The notes beneath the pieces were generated by a model. The model had not been told where the DNA came from. It saw nothing but the letters and a program-made list of their open reading frames with translations, and did not search any database. Made by a program: the position numbers and the translations under genes. A stretch of DNA of 64,000 nt from Myxococcales bacterium (GTDB taxonomy: Bacteria > Myxococcota > Myxococcia > Myxococcales > Myxococcaceae). Positions 8,711 to 17,968 of this stretch are shown here, one piece after another. Position 1 is the stretch's first letter. Every line of letters begins with the position of its first letter. The stretch is taken from the NCBI GenBank assembly GCA_016191815.1, contig JACPVI010000070.1:1-64000 (forward strand), in the 5' to 3' direction.

Positions 8711-9955
8711 ATGGGAAGCCTGGGCGAGTTCGCCGCCTACCTGGAGGGCCGCATCGGCACGGTGGAGAAGGCCGAGGCGGGGTTGCTCGCGCTGCAGCAG
8801 AAGTACGAGACCTTCTTCCAGGAGGTCTCCCGGGTGCGCGAGGAGGAGTTGGCCCAGCTCACCGCGCACGTTGTTTCGCAGAAGGGGAAGCTGCCGGGGT
8901 GGCTGGAGAAGGCCATCGGCGAAGCGCGGGCGGCAGTGGAGCAAGAGTACGACCGGAAGCTGGCCCTGCTCAGGCTCGAGCACCAACGGGTGGTGGAGAG
9001 TGCGGAAGGAGTGAGGCAGAGCTCGCGGAAGCTGGAGCAGGAGCTGCGCGCGCAGAATTCCGAGCTGGACGCGGAGGAGGAACAGCTCAAGGCCCGGAAC
9101 CAGGCGCTGCTCGCGCGCATCGAGGAGTACAACCGGCGGATCCGCGCGCTGGGGAGCGGCTTCGGCTTCTTCTCCAACCTCTTCAAGATGCGCCAACTGG
9201 AGCAGGAGCGGCGCGCGCTGGACCGGGAGCACGCCGACCTTTCCGCCCGAATCGAGACCCTCCGCGCGCAGTGGGCGTCGGCCGCGGGAGAATCGGTCGC
9301 CGCCGAGGGCGACCTCCAGACGCGGTGGAAGCGCCTGCAGGACGAGGCGGCGGCGATGCAGGTGAAGGTGGAGCACCTCGAGACCAGCCGGCCGCGGATC
9401 GCCCTCCGCAGCACCATGGAGCGGGTGCTCTTCACGGTGACCAGGGGGCACGAGGAGCCCGGCCCGGGCGATCCACCTTGCCCGCGGTGCAAGGCGCGCA
9501 ACCGGCCCGCGCAGCACTTCTGCCACGCCTGCGCGATCAGGCTTTCCGGCGACCGGCCGGACCTGGAAGGGAGCCTTCCGGAGATCGCCGAGCTGAACCA
9601 GCACTTCCTGCGCTTCTCCGAGGGGATGAAGGGATGCCAGGAGATCATCGGGCTGGTGCGGGGGCTGCGTTCCGGCCTGCAGAGCTTCATCAAGAGCGTG
9701 GAGAGCATGCGGGACACCGAGCGCCGCCACCCGGTCTCGGCGCTGCGCATCGAGGTGCCCCAGGAGAGCATCCAGTACGGGAAGAACTTGGACGCGCTCT
9801 TCGAGCTGTCGAAGCAGGACCTCTCGCTGCACCCGCAGCCGTTCGCGACGCAAGTCCGGCGGCTCGTCGAGCAGGTGTTCGGCGAGGCCCAGCTCAAGGG
9901 TTACTTCGAGAGGATGGGGCAGGAGCTTTCGACGCAGGCGAACGCGCAGTGGTAG
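8711..9955 (+). CDS. Coiled-coil protein with an internal zinc-ribbon (CPRCKARNRPAQHFCHACAI); likely an accessory protein of the rSAM operon
   Basis: ATG at 8711 is 2 bp after the rSAM stop. The protein is ~415 aa with a long heptad-rich region (EQELRAQNSELDAEEEQLKARNQALLARIEEYN...) and a CxxC...CxxC motif. Confidence 0.55.
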   Translation: MGSLGEFAAYLEGRIGTVEKAEAGLLALQQKYETFFQEVSRVREEELAQLTAHVVSQKGKLPGWLEKAIGEARAAVEQEYDRKLALLRLEHQRVVESAEGVRQSSRKLEQELRAQNSELDAEEEQLKARNQALLARIEEYNRRIRALGSGFGFFSNLFKMRQLEQERRALDREHADLSARIETLRAQWASAAGESVAAEGDLQTRWKRLQDEAAAMQVKVEHLETSRPRIALRSTMERVLFTVTRGHEEPGPGDPPCPRCKARNRPAQHFCHACAIRLSGDRPDLEGSLPEIAELNQHFLRFSEGMKGCQEIIGLVRGLRSGLQSFIKSVESMRDTERRHPVSALRIEVPQESIQYGKNLDALFELSKQDLSLHPQPFATQVRRLVEQVFGEAQLKGYFERMGQELSTQANAQW

Positions 9956-9969
9956 CGGAGGGCTCTTTG

Positions 9970-10503
9970 ATGAAGCGCACCGGCGCGGTTCTCCTCTTGG
10001 CGGCGGGTGTGCCCCTGATGCTCCTCGGCCTCTTGTTCCTGGTGGGCGCTGGCGGGCAGGTGCGCCGCTACGCCATCGGGGCGGCCTGCACTGCCTTGGG
10101 CGCGGTGTTTGCCGGGCTGGGGCTTAGGGCGTGGCGCAGGGCGGAGTCGGAGTCGCCGGAGCGGCTCCGCTCGGAGGTGCTCGAGCTGGCCAAGCGGAGG
10201 AACGGGGAAATCTCGGAGGCCGACCTGTTGGCCGGCCTTGGGGAGAAGGCGGAGAAAGCGGCGCCGGTGCTGCGGGCGCTGGAGGAGGAGGGCCAGTGCC
10301 GGCGGGAGCGTAGGGAAGGGCAGGTGCACCTGGTCTTCCCGGGGCTACTGCCTCGGGTGCACGTGCGGAGGTGCGAATACTGCGCGGCGGAGCTGCCGCT
10401 GGCGGAGGAAGTCGCCAAGTGCCCGCGGTGCGGCGGCAGCGTGAAGACCGGAGTGGAGCGCCGCTCGCTCGGCGGGGCCGACGCCTATCGGATGGACGAA
10501 TGA
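9970..10503 (+). CDS. Small membrane protein with a C-terminal zinc-ribbon (CEYCAAEL...CPRCGG); fourth gene of the operon
   Basis: N-terminus MKRTGAVLLLAAGVPLMLLGLLFLVGAGG has two TM helices. C-terminus is RRCEYCAAELPLAEEVAKCPRCGGSV. Confidence 0.5.
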   Translation: MKRTGAVLLLAAGVPLMLLGLLFLVGAGGQVRRYAIGAACTALGAVFAGLGLRAWRRAESESPERLRSEVLELAKRRNGEISEADLLAGLGEKAEKAAPVLRALEEEGQCRRERREGQVHLVFPGLLPRVHVRRCEYCAAELPLAEEVAKCPRCGGSVKTGVERRSLGGADAYRMDE

Positions 10504-10512
10504 TCGCGCGCC

Positions 10513-10839
10513 TCACGGCGCGAACATCTCGGCCAGCACCGACAGCACCAAGCCAGCAGTCGCGGCATCGAGCTTGCCCAGGCGACGCTCCAGCCGGGTC
10601 TTGTCGACGGTCCGGATCTGGTCAAGGACGATCTGTCGAAGCTTGCCCTGGAAGCGCACCGAAACCCGGGTCGGGTAGCTGCGGCTCTTGGTCGTCAGCG
10701 GCGCCACGATGACCGTCGCGATGTGCCGGTTCATCTCATCAGGGGATACCACCAGGCAGGGCCGGGTCTTGCGCATCTCGCTGCCCTGGGTGGGGTCGAG
10801 ACGAACAAGGTAAACCTCGAAGCGGGCTACCACTCCCAT
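10513..10839 (-). CDS. mazF: MazF/PemK-family endoribonuclease toxin
   Basis: 108 aa. GVVARFEVYLVRLDPTQGSEMRKTRPCLVVSPDEMN is typical of the PemK/MazF fold. The start overlaps the upstream antitoxin. Confidence 0.8.
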   Translation of the reverse strand: MGVVARFEVYLVRLDPTQGSEMRKTRPCLVVSPDEMNRHIATVIVAPLTTKSRSYPTRVSVRFQGKLRQIVLDQIRTVDKTRLERRLGKLDAATAGLVLSVLAEMFAP

Positions 10840-11081
10840 TCAGCGCGCTCCCAGTCGCTTCGCGGCAGCGCCTCGCGATCCAGCAGCCGATCGTCGCGCC
10901 TTTCGGCCATGCGCTGGAAAGCTTCGTCCCAGCCCTTCCGGGCCTTGGAGACCGGCAGGATCACGATTTGGCCGCGCCGGACCTTCAACTCGACCTCGCC
11001 CACCAGCCCACACTCATCGAGGACGGTCTTCGGCAATCGGATTCCTCGCGAGTTGCCGATGCGGATGATGCTTGCCCTCAT
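10827..11081 (-). CDS. mazE: MazE/AbrB-type (SpoVT_AbrB) antitoxin
   Basis: 84 aa. MRASIIRIGNSRGIRLPKTVLDECGL matches the AbrB/MazE swapped-hairpin motif. It overlaps mazF by 13 bp. Confidence 0.75.
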   Translation of the reverse strand: MRASIIRIGNSRGIRLPKTVLDECGLVGEVELKVRRGQIVILPVSKARKGWDEAFQRMAERRDDRLLDREALPRSDWERAEWEW

Positions 11082-11169
11082 GATGCCTCCGTAGTCACAA
11101 AGTAATAACGATGTCAGGAGCTCGCGTCAAACGCTCGCCAGGCATGCCGCCGGCTGCGAGAGAGTGGGG

Positions 11170-11553
11170 CTAGCGCTTCCCTGGGCCCGGCCAGCGCCCC
11201 TCCGCCTCGAGGCGGCGGCGCAAGGGAGGGTTCTCGTCCAGGTAGGCCGAGAGCGACTCGTCGGTGATCCACACCTCCACGTCCTCGCTCCCCACCCGCG
11301 CCTGGCAGCCCAGCCTCGAGCTCGGCCTCACGTCGAAGGCCTGGTCCAGCCGGTCCAGCTCCGCGTCCTCCTGCTCCGAGAGCGAAGAGAGGCCGCTCTT
11401 CACCCACACGTGACAGGTGGAGCACGCGCACACCCCGCCGCAGGCGTGCCCCAGCTTCGCGCCGCACAGCTCCGCCGCCTCCAGCAAGGTGGTGCCCTCC
11501 GGCACCTCCACCTCGACATCGTCGAGCGGGCTCTTGAAGCGGACCTTTGGCAA
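11170..11553 (-). CDS. fdx: [2Fe-2S] ferredoxin, ISC-type (adrenodoxin-like)
   Basis: Cys ligand pattern CGGVCACSTCHV...C, with isc operon context. Confidence 0.8.
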   Translation of the reverse strand: MPKVRFKSPLDDVEVEVPEGTTLLEAAELCGAKLGHACGGVCACSTCHVWVKSGLSSLSEQEDAELDRLDQAFDVRPSSRLGCQARVGSEDVEVWITDESLSAYLDENPPLRRRLEAEGRWPGPGKR

Positions 11554-11556
11554 GAA

Positions 11557-13401
11557 TCAGTACTCCTCGACCGAATGCCCCGCCACCGCGTTCCGGAGCG
11601 CGCGGTTCATCACCCGCTCCACGAAGGGCCGGCAGGCCTCGTCCAGCGCACGGATGGCCTCCTGGATGCGCAGGTGCTCCGTGGCGCTTCGTCGCTCCTC
11701 CTCCAGGCGCGCGAAGGCCGTGTCGATCGCCGCGCGCTCGCCGTCGGAGAGCAGGTCGGCATTCTCGCGAAGCTGCTTCCCCGCGTCCTTGAGCACCCGC
11801 TCGGCCTCCACCTGCTGCTCGCGGAGCAGCCGCCGCTTCACGTCCCCCTCGGCGTTCTCGATCGAGTCGAGCAGCATCTGCTCGATCTCCTCGTCGGAAA
11901 GCCCGTGGCTCGGCCGGACGGTGATCTCTTGGCTGGCCCCGGTGGTCAGCTCCTTCGCGGCTACCGAGAGGATGCCGTCCGCGTCCACCTGGTACTTCAC
12001 CTCCACCCTGCCGAGCCCGGCGGACATGGGAGGGATGCCGGTCAGCCGGAAGCGCGCCAGCGAGCGGCAATCCTCCACCATCTCCCGCTCTCCTTGCACC
12101 ACGTGCACGTCCATTCCGGTCTGCCCGTCCTGGAAAGTGGTGAACACTTGAGCCGCTGCGGTGGGGATGGTCGAGTTGCGCGGGATCAGCCGCTCCACCA
12201 GCCCACCCATCGTCTCCACCCCGAGCGAGAGCGGGAGAACGTCCAGCAGGAGCACCTCGTCCTGCCGCTCCTGGCTGGTGAGCAGGTCCGCCTGGGCCGC
12301 CGCCCCCAGCGCCACCACCTGGTCGGGGTCGATGTCTCGCAGAGCCTCCCTCCCGAACAGCGAGGAGACGAACCTCCGCACCGCCGGCACCCTGGTGGAA
12401 CCGCCCACCAGCACCACCCCGTCGATCTCCGCCGGCCGAAGCCCCGCGTCCTTGAGCGCGCGCTTGCAGGCCACTCCGGTCTTCTGGATGAGCGGGGCGA
12501 TCCACGCCTCGAACTCCACCCGCGCTACCGCGCGCGCCCGACCGGAGACCGACACCTCGGCCAGCTCGCAGGCGGACAGCTCCTCCTTGGCGCGGCGCGC
12601 CGCCGAGAGCGCCTCCGCCACTTGAGCAGGAGAGGGATGGCCGATTCCCAGCGCCTCCAGCACCCGGTGGGCGATCACCCGGTCGAAGTCGTCGCCGCCC
12701 AGGGCCGAGTCGCCGCCGGTGGACTTCACCTCGAAGATGCCGTCCAAAAGCTTGAGGATGGAGATGTCGAAGGTGCCCCCGCCGAGGTCGTACACCGCGA
12801 AGGTGCCCTGGCTGCCTTTGTCCAGGCCGTAGGCCAGTGCCGCCGCGGTGGGCTCGTTGAGCAGGCGCAGCACCGTAAGCCCCGCCAGCCGGCCGGCATC
12901 CTTGGTGGCCTGGCGCTGCGCGTCGTCGAAGTAGGCCGGGACGGTGATCACCGCCTGCTCCACCCGGCCAGAGAAGTAGGCCTCCGCTTGCCGCTTGAGG
13001 GCGCGGAGGATCTCTCCCGACACCTCGATCGGCGTCACCGGCTGGCCCCCGGAGACCTCGAAGCGCACCACGCTCTTGCTCTCGGCGAACCGGTAGCAGC
13101 CGAGCTTCTGGGTCTCCGGATCGCCGGCGCTCTTCCCCATGAAGCGCTTCACCGAGCGGATGGTGTCGGTGGGGTGCGCGAAGGAGAGCGCGGACGCCCG
13201 CCGGCCCACCAGCACGCTCCCGTCGTTCGCGTAGTGCACCACCGAGGGCAAGAGCGGCTCTCCGCCCTCGTCCGCCGGCAGGCAGCGAGGCTTTCCCTGG
13301 ATCACCGCCGCGACCAGCGAATTGGTCGTCCCGAGGTCGATGCCCACCGCGCTCCCCTTCGGCTTCAAGGGGTCGTGGATCTGCAAGAGGCCGCCGCTCA
13401 C
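11557..13401 (-). CDS. hscA: Fe-S cluster assembly chaperone HscA (Hsp70 family)
   Basis: 614 aa with an Hsp70 ATPase N-terminus ([13 protein letters not shown]...) and isc operon position. Confidence 0.85.
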   Translation of the reverse strand: MSGGLLQIHDPLKPKGSAVGIDLGTTNSLVAAVIQGKPRCLPADEGGEPLLPSVVHYANDGSVLVGRRASALSFAHPTDTIRSVKRFMGKSAGDPETQKLGCYRFAESKSVVRFEVSGGQPVTPIEVSGEILRALKRQAEAYFSGRVEQAVITVPAYFDDAQRQATKDAGRLAGLTVLRLLNEPTAAALAYGLDKGSQGTFAVYDLGGGTFDISILKLLDGIFEVKSTGGDSALGGDDFDRVIAHRVLEALGIGHPSPAQVAEALSAARRAKEELSACELAEVSVSGRARAVARVEFEAWIAPLIQKTGVACKRALKDAGLRPAEIDGVVLVGGSTRVPAVRRFVSSLFGREALRDIDPDQVVALGAAAQADLLTSQERQDEVLLLDVLPLSLGVETMGGLVERLIPRNSTIPTAAAQVFTTFQDGQTGMDVHVVQGEREMVEDCRSLARFRLTGIPPMSAGLGRVEVKYQVDADGILSVAAKELTTGASQEITVRPSHGLSDEEIEQMLLDSIENAEGDVKRRLLREQQVEAERVLKDAGKQLRENADLLSDGERAAIDTAFARLEEERRSATEHLRIQEAIRALDEACRPFVERVMNRALRNAVAGHSVEEY

Positions 13402-13928
13402 TCCAGCGCCTCCTCCTCGATCTGGTCCACTTCCTCTAGAAAACGGCTGAAGTAGCGGACCTTCGCCAACAGCCCTGCGGCCCGATCGATCGCCGCCCGA
13501 TCGGCAGGGGCGGTTGCAAGCGCCGAGGCCGCCTGATCCAGCAAGGCCTGCCTCTCCGCCTTCACCTCGGCGCCCATCCGCCTGACCTCCTCGAGGGCAG
13601 CCGACCTCCGCGCCGCGTCCAGCTCCTCATGGAGCGAGAGGATCCGCTCCAAGAACTCCGGGGGCAGGCCACTGCCCGCTCGCTCGTCATGCTCGAGGTC
13701 CACTCCGGCCAAGCAGAGCAAGTAGCAGGCGCGCCGCTCCGGATCCTTGAGCACCCGGTAGGCGTCGTTGAGGGCGGTGGTGCGCTCCACCGCGGCTCTC
13801 CGCGCCGCGCCGTCGCCTCGGGCCCGGTCGGGGTGCAGCTCGAGGGAAAGCTCGCGGTAGCGCCGCTCGAGGGCGTCGAGGTCGAGGTGGAACGAGGGCG
13901 GCAGCCCGAAGACTTCGAAGTGGCTCAC
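13398..13928 (-). CDS. hscB: Co-chaperone HscB (J-domain)
   Basis: GTG start gives [35 protein letters not shown], which has a J-domain HPD motif. The ORF-track extension to 14135 overlaps iscA and I reject it. Confidence 0.7.
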   Translation of the reverse strand: MSHFEVFGLPPSFHLDLDALERRYRELSLELHPDRARGDGAARRAAVERTTALNDAYRVLKDPERRACYLLCLAGVDLEHDERAGSGLPPEFLERILSLHEELDAARRSAALEEVRRMGAEVKAERQALLDQAASALATAPADRAAIDRAAGLLAKVRYFSRFLEEVDQIEEEALE

Positions 13929-13939
13929 GAAAGGCCCGC

Positions 13940-14299
13940 TCAAACGGTGAAGCTCTCCCCGCAGCCGCAGGAGCCCTTCACGTTCGGGTTGTGCAGCTTG
14001 AAGCCCGAGGCCATCAGGCCTTCCTCGTACAGAAGCTCGGTGCCGGCGAGGTAGAGGTAGCTCTTCGGATCCACGAACACCCGGACTCCGTCGCGCTCGA
14101 ACACCTTGTCGCGCTCCTTGGGGGCCTCCGCCCACTCCATCTGGTAGGCGAGCCCGGAGCAGCCGCCTCCCCGGACGGCGATCCGGAGGCCGGCTTGCGG
14201 GGTATGCCGCTCCTCGAGGAGCTTCTTGAGCCGCTTGACGGCGCTCTCGCCGATCGCCACCCCGGATTTGGCAGAGCTCTGGAGCTGTGGTTCGGTCAC
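13940..14299 (-). CDS. iscA: Fe-S cluster insertion protein IscA (HesB family)
   Basis: The C-terminal GSCGCGESFTV motif and ~119 aa length fit IscA. The extended ORF-track entry (13940..16156) is rejected. Confidence 0.75.
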   Translation of the reverse strand: MTEPQLQSSAKSGVAIGESAVKRLKKLLEERHTPQAGLRIAVRGGGCSGLAYQMEWAEAPKERDKVFERDGVRVFVDPKSYLYLAGTELLYEEGLMASGFKLHNPNVKGSCGCGESFTV

Positions 14300-14307
14300 C
14301 TGGTCAC

Positions 14308-14736
14308 CTACTTCCCGGAGGCCTGCGCCTCGGCGTCCTCTCTCGCGGCCAGCTTCTCCGCCCGCTTGCGCTTGAAGTCGGCGATCGCGGCCTTGATCGC
14401 GTCCTCGGCCAAGACCGAGCAGTGGATCTTCACCGGGGGAAGCGACAGCTCGCGGGCGATCTCCTTGTTGGTGATGGAGGTGGCCTGCTCGATGGACTTC
14501 CCCTTCACCCACTCGGTGACCAAGGAACTGGAGGCGATCGCCGAGCCGCAGCCGAAGGTCTTGAACCTGGCGTCCTCGATGATCCCCTCGTCGGAGATCT
14601 TGAGCTGCAGGCGCATCACGTCTCCGCAGGCGGGGGCGCCGACCAGGCCGGTGCCCACGCTGGAGTCGGCCTTGTCCAGGGTGCCCACGTTCCTCGGGTT
14701 CTCGTAGTGGTCGATCACCTTGTCGCTGTACGCCAT
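14308..14736 (-). CDS. iscU: Fe-S cluster scaffold IscU
   Basis: MAYSDKVIDHYENPRNVG...GAPACGDVMRLQ...FKTFGCGSAIASSS are near-canonical IscU motifs. Confidence 0.9.
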   Translation of the reverse strand: MAYSDKVIDHYENPRNVGTLDKADSSVGTGLVGAPACGDVMRLQLKISDEGIIEDARFKTFGCGSAIASSSLVTEWVKGKSIEQATSITNKEIARELSLPPVKIHCSVLAEDAIKAAIADFKRKRAEKLAAREDAEAQASGK

Positions 14737-14754
14737 CTGCCGCTCCGATTCCTT

Positions 14755-16095
14755 CTAGTGGGCGTTCCAGGCCACCTGCTTCAAGTCCACTCCCTCCTTG
14801 GCCATCTCGTAGAGGGGGCTCATCTCGCGAAGCTTCTTCACCTTCTCCACCACCAGATGCGCCACGTAGTCGATCTCCTCCTCGGTGTTGAACCTCCCGA
14901 TGCCGAAGCGGATGGAGCTGTGCGCCAGCTCCTCGTCGACGCCGAGGGCGCGGAGCACGTAGGAGGGCTCCAGCGAGGCCGAGGTGCAGGCCGACCCGGA
15001 GGAGACCGCCACGTCCTTGATCGCCATCATCAAGGCCTCGCCCTCCACGAAGGCGAAGGAGACATTCAGGTTTCCCGGCAGCCGGTGCTCGAGCGAGCCG
15101 TTCACCGAGAGCATGTCCAACCCGGAGAAGAGCGCTGTCCGCAGCCGCTCGCGCAGCGCCATCACTCGCTCCGACTCCTCTCTTCCCTCGAGCCGGGCCA
15201 GCTCGGCGGCCTTGCCGAAGCCGACGATCGACGCCACCGGCAGGGTGCCCGAGCGCATGCCCCGCTCGTGGCCGCCTCCGTCGATGAGCGGCGCGATGCG
15301 CACCCGAGGCTTCCTCCGCACGTAGAGCGCGCCGATCCCCTTCGGCCCGTACATCTTGTGGGCGCTGATGGAGACCAGGTCCGCGCAGGCCTCCTCCACC
15401 TGGAAGGGGACCTTCCCCAGGCCCTGCACCGCGTCGCAGTGGAACAAGACTCCCTTCTCGCGGCAGAGCCGGCCAATCTCGTTCACCGGCTGGACCACGC
15501 CGATCTCGTTGTTGGCCAGCATGATCGACACCAGCACCGTGCGCTCGGTGAGCGCCGAGCGGAGCTCGTCGAGGTCCACCCTGCCGTCGCGGCCTACCCC
15601 GAGGTAGGTGACCTGCGCCCCCGCCGACACCTTGGAGAGCCAGCCCCGGAAGACCGAATCTTGCTCGGCCAGCTTCTCCGCCTTCACCTCCGGGCCGCCG
15701 ACCTCCGCGAGCCTGAGCTGCCGGAGCTCTTCGAGCCGGTCCTGCCGCGCGCGCTCCACGCGCTTGCAGGTGTCCAGCACCGCCTTGTGCTCGGTCTTGC
15801 AGGTGACGAGGTGGTCTCCCTTGCTCCGGGAGAACTCCACCGCGCCCTTGATGGCCAGGTTGTCCGACTCGGTGGCTCCGCTGGTGAAGACAATCTCCTT
15901 CTCCGAGGCGCCGATCAGCGCCGCCACCTGCTTTCTGGCCAGCTCCACCGCGGCCTCCGCCCTCCACCCGAAGGAGTGGCTGCGGGAGGCGGCGTTGCCG
16001 AAATCCTCCTTGAGGTACGGCAGCATCGCCTCCAGGACTCGCGGGTCCATCGGCGTGGTGGCGTGATTGTCCAGGTAGATCGGAAGCTTCAACAT
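14755..16095 (-). CDS. iscS: Cysteine desulfurase IscS/NifS (PLP-dependent)
   Basis: Start [24 protein letters not shown]. Motifs [11 protein letters not shown] and SSGSACTS are present. The gene carries an internal insertion relative to E. coli IscS. Confidence 0.85.
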   Translation of the reverse strand: MLKLPIYLDNHATTPMDPRVLEAMLPYLKEDFGNAASRSHSFGWRAEAAVELARKQVAALIGASEKEIVFTSGATESDNLAIKGAVEFSRSKGDHLVTCKTEHKAVLDTCKRVERARQDRLEELRQLRLAEVGGPEVKAEKLAEQDSVFRGWLSKVSAGAQVTYLGVGRDGRVDLDELRSALTERTVLVSIMLANNEIGVVQPVNEIGRLCREKGVLFHCDAVQGLGKVPFQVEEACADLVSISAHKMYGPKGIGALYVRRKPRVRIAPLIDGGGHERGMRSGTLPVASIVGFGKAAELARLEGREESERVMALRERLRTALFSGLDMLSVNGSLEHRLPGNLNVSFAFVEGEALMMAIKDVAVSSGSACTSASLEPSYVLRALGVDEELAHSSIRFGIGRFNTEEEIDYVAHLVVEKVKKLREMSPLYEMAKEGVDLKQVAWNAH

Positions 16096-16387
16096 CCCTC
16101 GAACCCGTGGGCGGCATACCACATCCGCCCACCGAAAGTGGACCAGACTGGTCCATTATTGTGGTCGGAGGCTTCGGCGATCAAGCGAGCCTGAGGTGCC
16201 GCGGCGGCGAACCGTCTGGCAACGAGCACTCGGACAGTGAGGCTGCCCAGCGATCCGGCCTGGAGCAGCCAGCCTCGATCGCCCGCTCCGCAACGGAGCA
16301 GGCGAGAGCCGCAACGGCGCGAATTCCGGGGAGGTCTCGCCGGCCCGTGGAGTGCAACTCGCCTGCTCGGACAGCCGAGGAGAAACC

Positions 16388-17920
16388 ATGACAGCAGCCG
16401 AGGAGTCGCGTCACCGCCCGAACGGCCAGGAGCGGTCCCGCGCGGCGAACGCCCCCGTCATCCCAAGCTCACCCGAGGCGCGGACGCGCTACCAGGAAGG
16501 GTGGAGGAGGGGGAAGCCGGAGGAGGACCCCTCGAAGCTGAAGCGGTGGGGCTTCGTGTCGGCGAGGCCGAGCGAGTTTCTCATCCGGATGAGGGGCGGG
16601 ACGGTGGTCAGCGCCGGGCAGGGAGCCTCGTGCTTCAAGTGGCCGTGGGACTCGGTGGCGATCGTCCCCACCACGGTGCAGAGGCTGCAGTTCACCGCCG
16701 ACCAGGTGACGAGCGAGAAGGCGGGCGTGCAGGTGACGGGGCTGGCGGTGTACCGGATCGCCGAGCCCCTGATCGCCTTCCGGATGCTGAACTTCTCTTT
16801 CCCGGAGAGCGCGCAGGAGAAGCTCGAGCAGATGCTCACCGAGATGTTCGTCGGGGCCACCCGCCGGCTGGTGGCGAACCTCACCGTCGAGCAGTGCCTC
16901 ACCCGCAGGAAGGAAGGCCTCGCCGCCGAGCTGATGCGGGAGATCTCCCCGGTGGTGTCGGGGAGCGGCAAGCCGGAGGACCGGACCTCGAAGGGCTGGG
17001 GAGTGGTCCTGGACACCATCGAGGTGCAGGACGTGCGAGTCCTCTCGGGGGCGGTGTTCGGCAACATGCAGGCTCGCTTCCGCCAGGAGCAGGAGCGGCT
17101 GGCGCGCGAGGCGGAGCTGGCGAAGGAGCGCGCGGTCAAGCAGGAGGAGGCCGTCTCCGAGCGGCAGATCCAGCTCTCGCGGGTGGCCGCCGAGACGGAG
17201 GTGCGCCACGAGAAGCAGTCGGCGGAGGAGAAGGTCCGGCTCGAGCAGCTCGCCTCCGAGGCGCGGGTGGCGGAGGCGCGGCTCTCCCAGGAGCGGATGG
17301 TCCGGCAGGGAGAGGTGACGAACGAGCGTGAGCTGGCGCTCGCCCACCTGGAGGCGGAGCTGGAAGTGGAGCGGCAGCGCCAGGTGGCGGAGGAGCAGGG
17401 GAAGCTGACGCAGCTCGAGGCCGAAGCGAGGCTCGCCGAGGTGAGGCTGGCCCACGAGCGCTCGATGGCCACGGCGAGGATGCAGGCGGAGATCGAGAAG
17501 GTGCAGCTCCAGGGGCAGGAAGCCCAGGCGCGGCACCAGCTCGAGATGGCTGGCCAGGCTCAGGCGGCCGAATCGCTGCGCGCCCAGGCGGAGGTGGCGC
17601 GGACGCGGCTCGAGCTGGCCGAGCTGGAGGCGAAGGCGGCGGAGCTGGAGGTGCGGAAGAGGAAGCTCTCGGAGGACCTCGAGCTGGAGCGGGCGAGGGC
17701 GCTCAAGGAGCTGGAGAACGCCGTTTCGGCGGAGGTGATCCAGCTCGCGGTGGCGCAGAAGCTGCCGGAGCTCGCCCGGGCCTTCCAGCAGAACATGGGG
17801 GAGGTGCACGTCACCGCGGTGGACGGGGCGAATCCCTTCGGCTACGTGGCGGCGGCGGTGGAGGGGGTGTTGGGGCTCGCCCGCTCGGCCGGTCTCAAGC
17901 TGCCCAAGAACGGGCAGTAG
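16388..17920 (+). CDS. Flotillin-like SPFH/band-7 protein with EA-rich coiled-coil repeats
   Basis: An SPFH-like N-terminal region is followed by a long ...EAELAKER...EARLAEVRLAHER... repeat region. Confidence 0.65.
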   Translation: MTAAEESRHRPNGQERSRAANAPVIPSSPEARTRYQEGWRRGKPEEDPSKLKRWGFVSARPSEFLIRMRGGTVVSAGQGASCFKWPWDSVAIVPTTVQRLQFTADQVTSEKAGVQVTGLAVYRIAEPLIAFRMLNFSFPESAQEKLEQMLTEMFVGATRRLVANLTVEQCLTRRKEGLAAELMREISPVVSGSGKPEDRTSKGWGVVLDTIEVQDVRVLSGAVFGNMQARFRQEQERLAREAELAKERAVKQEEAVSERQIQLSRVAAETEVRHEKQSAEEKVRLEQLASEARVAEARLSQERMVRQGEVTNERELALAHLEAELEVERQRQVAEEQGKLTQLEAEARLAEVRLAHERSMATARMQAEIEKVQLQGQEAQARHQLEMAGQAQAAESLRAQAEVARTRLELAELEAKAAELEVRKRKLSEDLELERARALKELENAVSAEVIQLAVAQKLPELARAFQQNMGEVHVTAVDGANPFGYVAAAVEGVLGLARSAGLKLPKNGQ

Positions 17921-17968
17921 GCGCAGTATCTTTGAAACCAGGCGCCGACTCTGCGCATATAGGCGAGG

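Noticed and set aside
16123-16388. Expected iscR (Rrf2 regulator) upstream of iscS
   Set aside because: The short ORFs there (16156-16389 and 16181-16414, minus strand) translate to Arg/Pro-rich junk with no Rrf2 HTH pattern. They are treated as a divergent promoter region.
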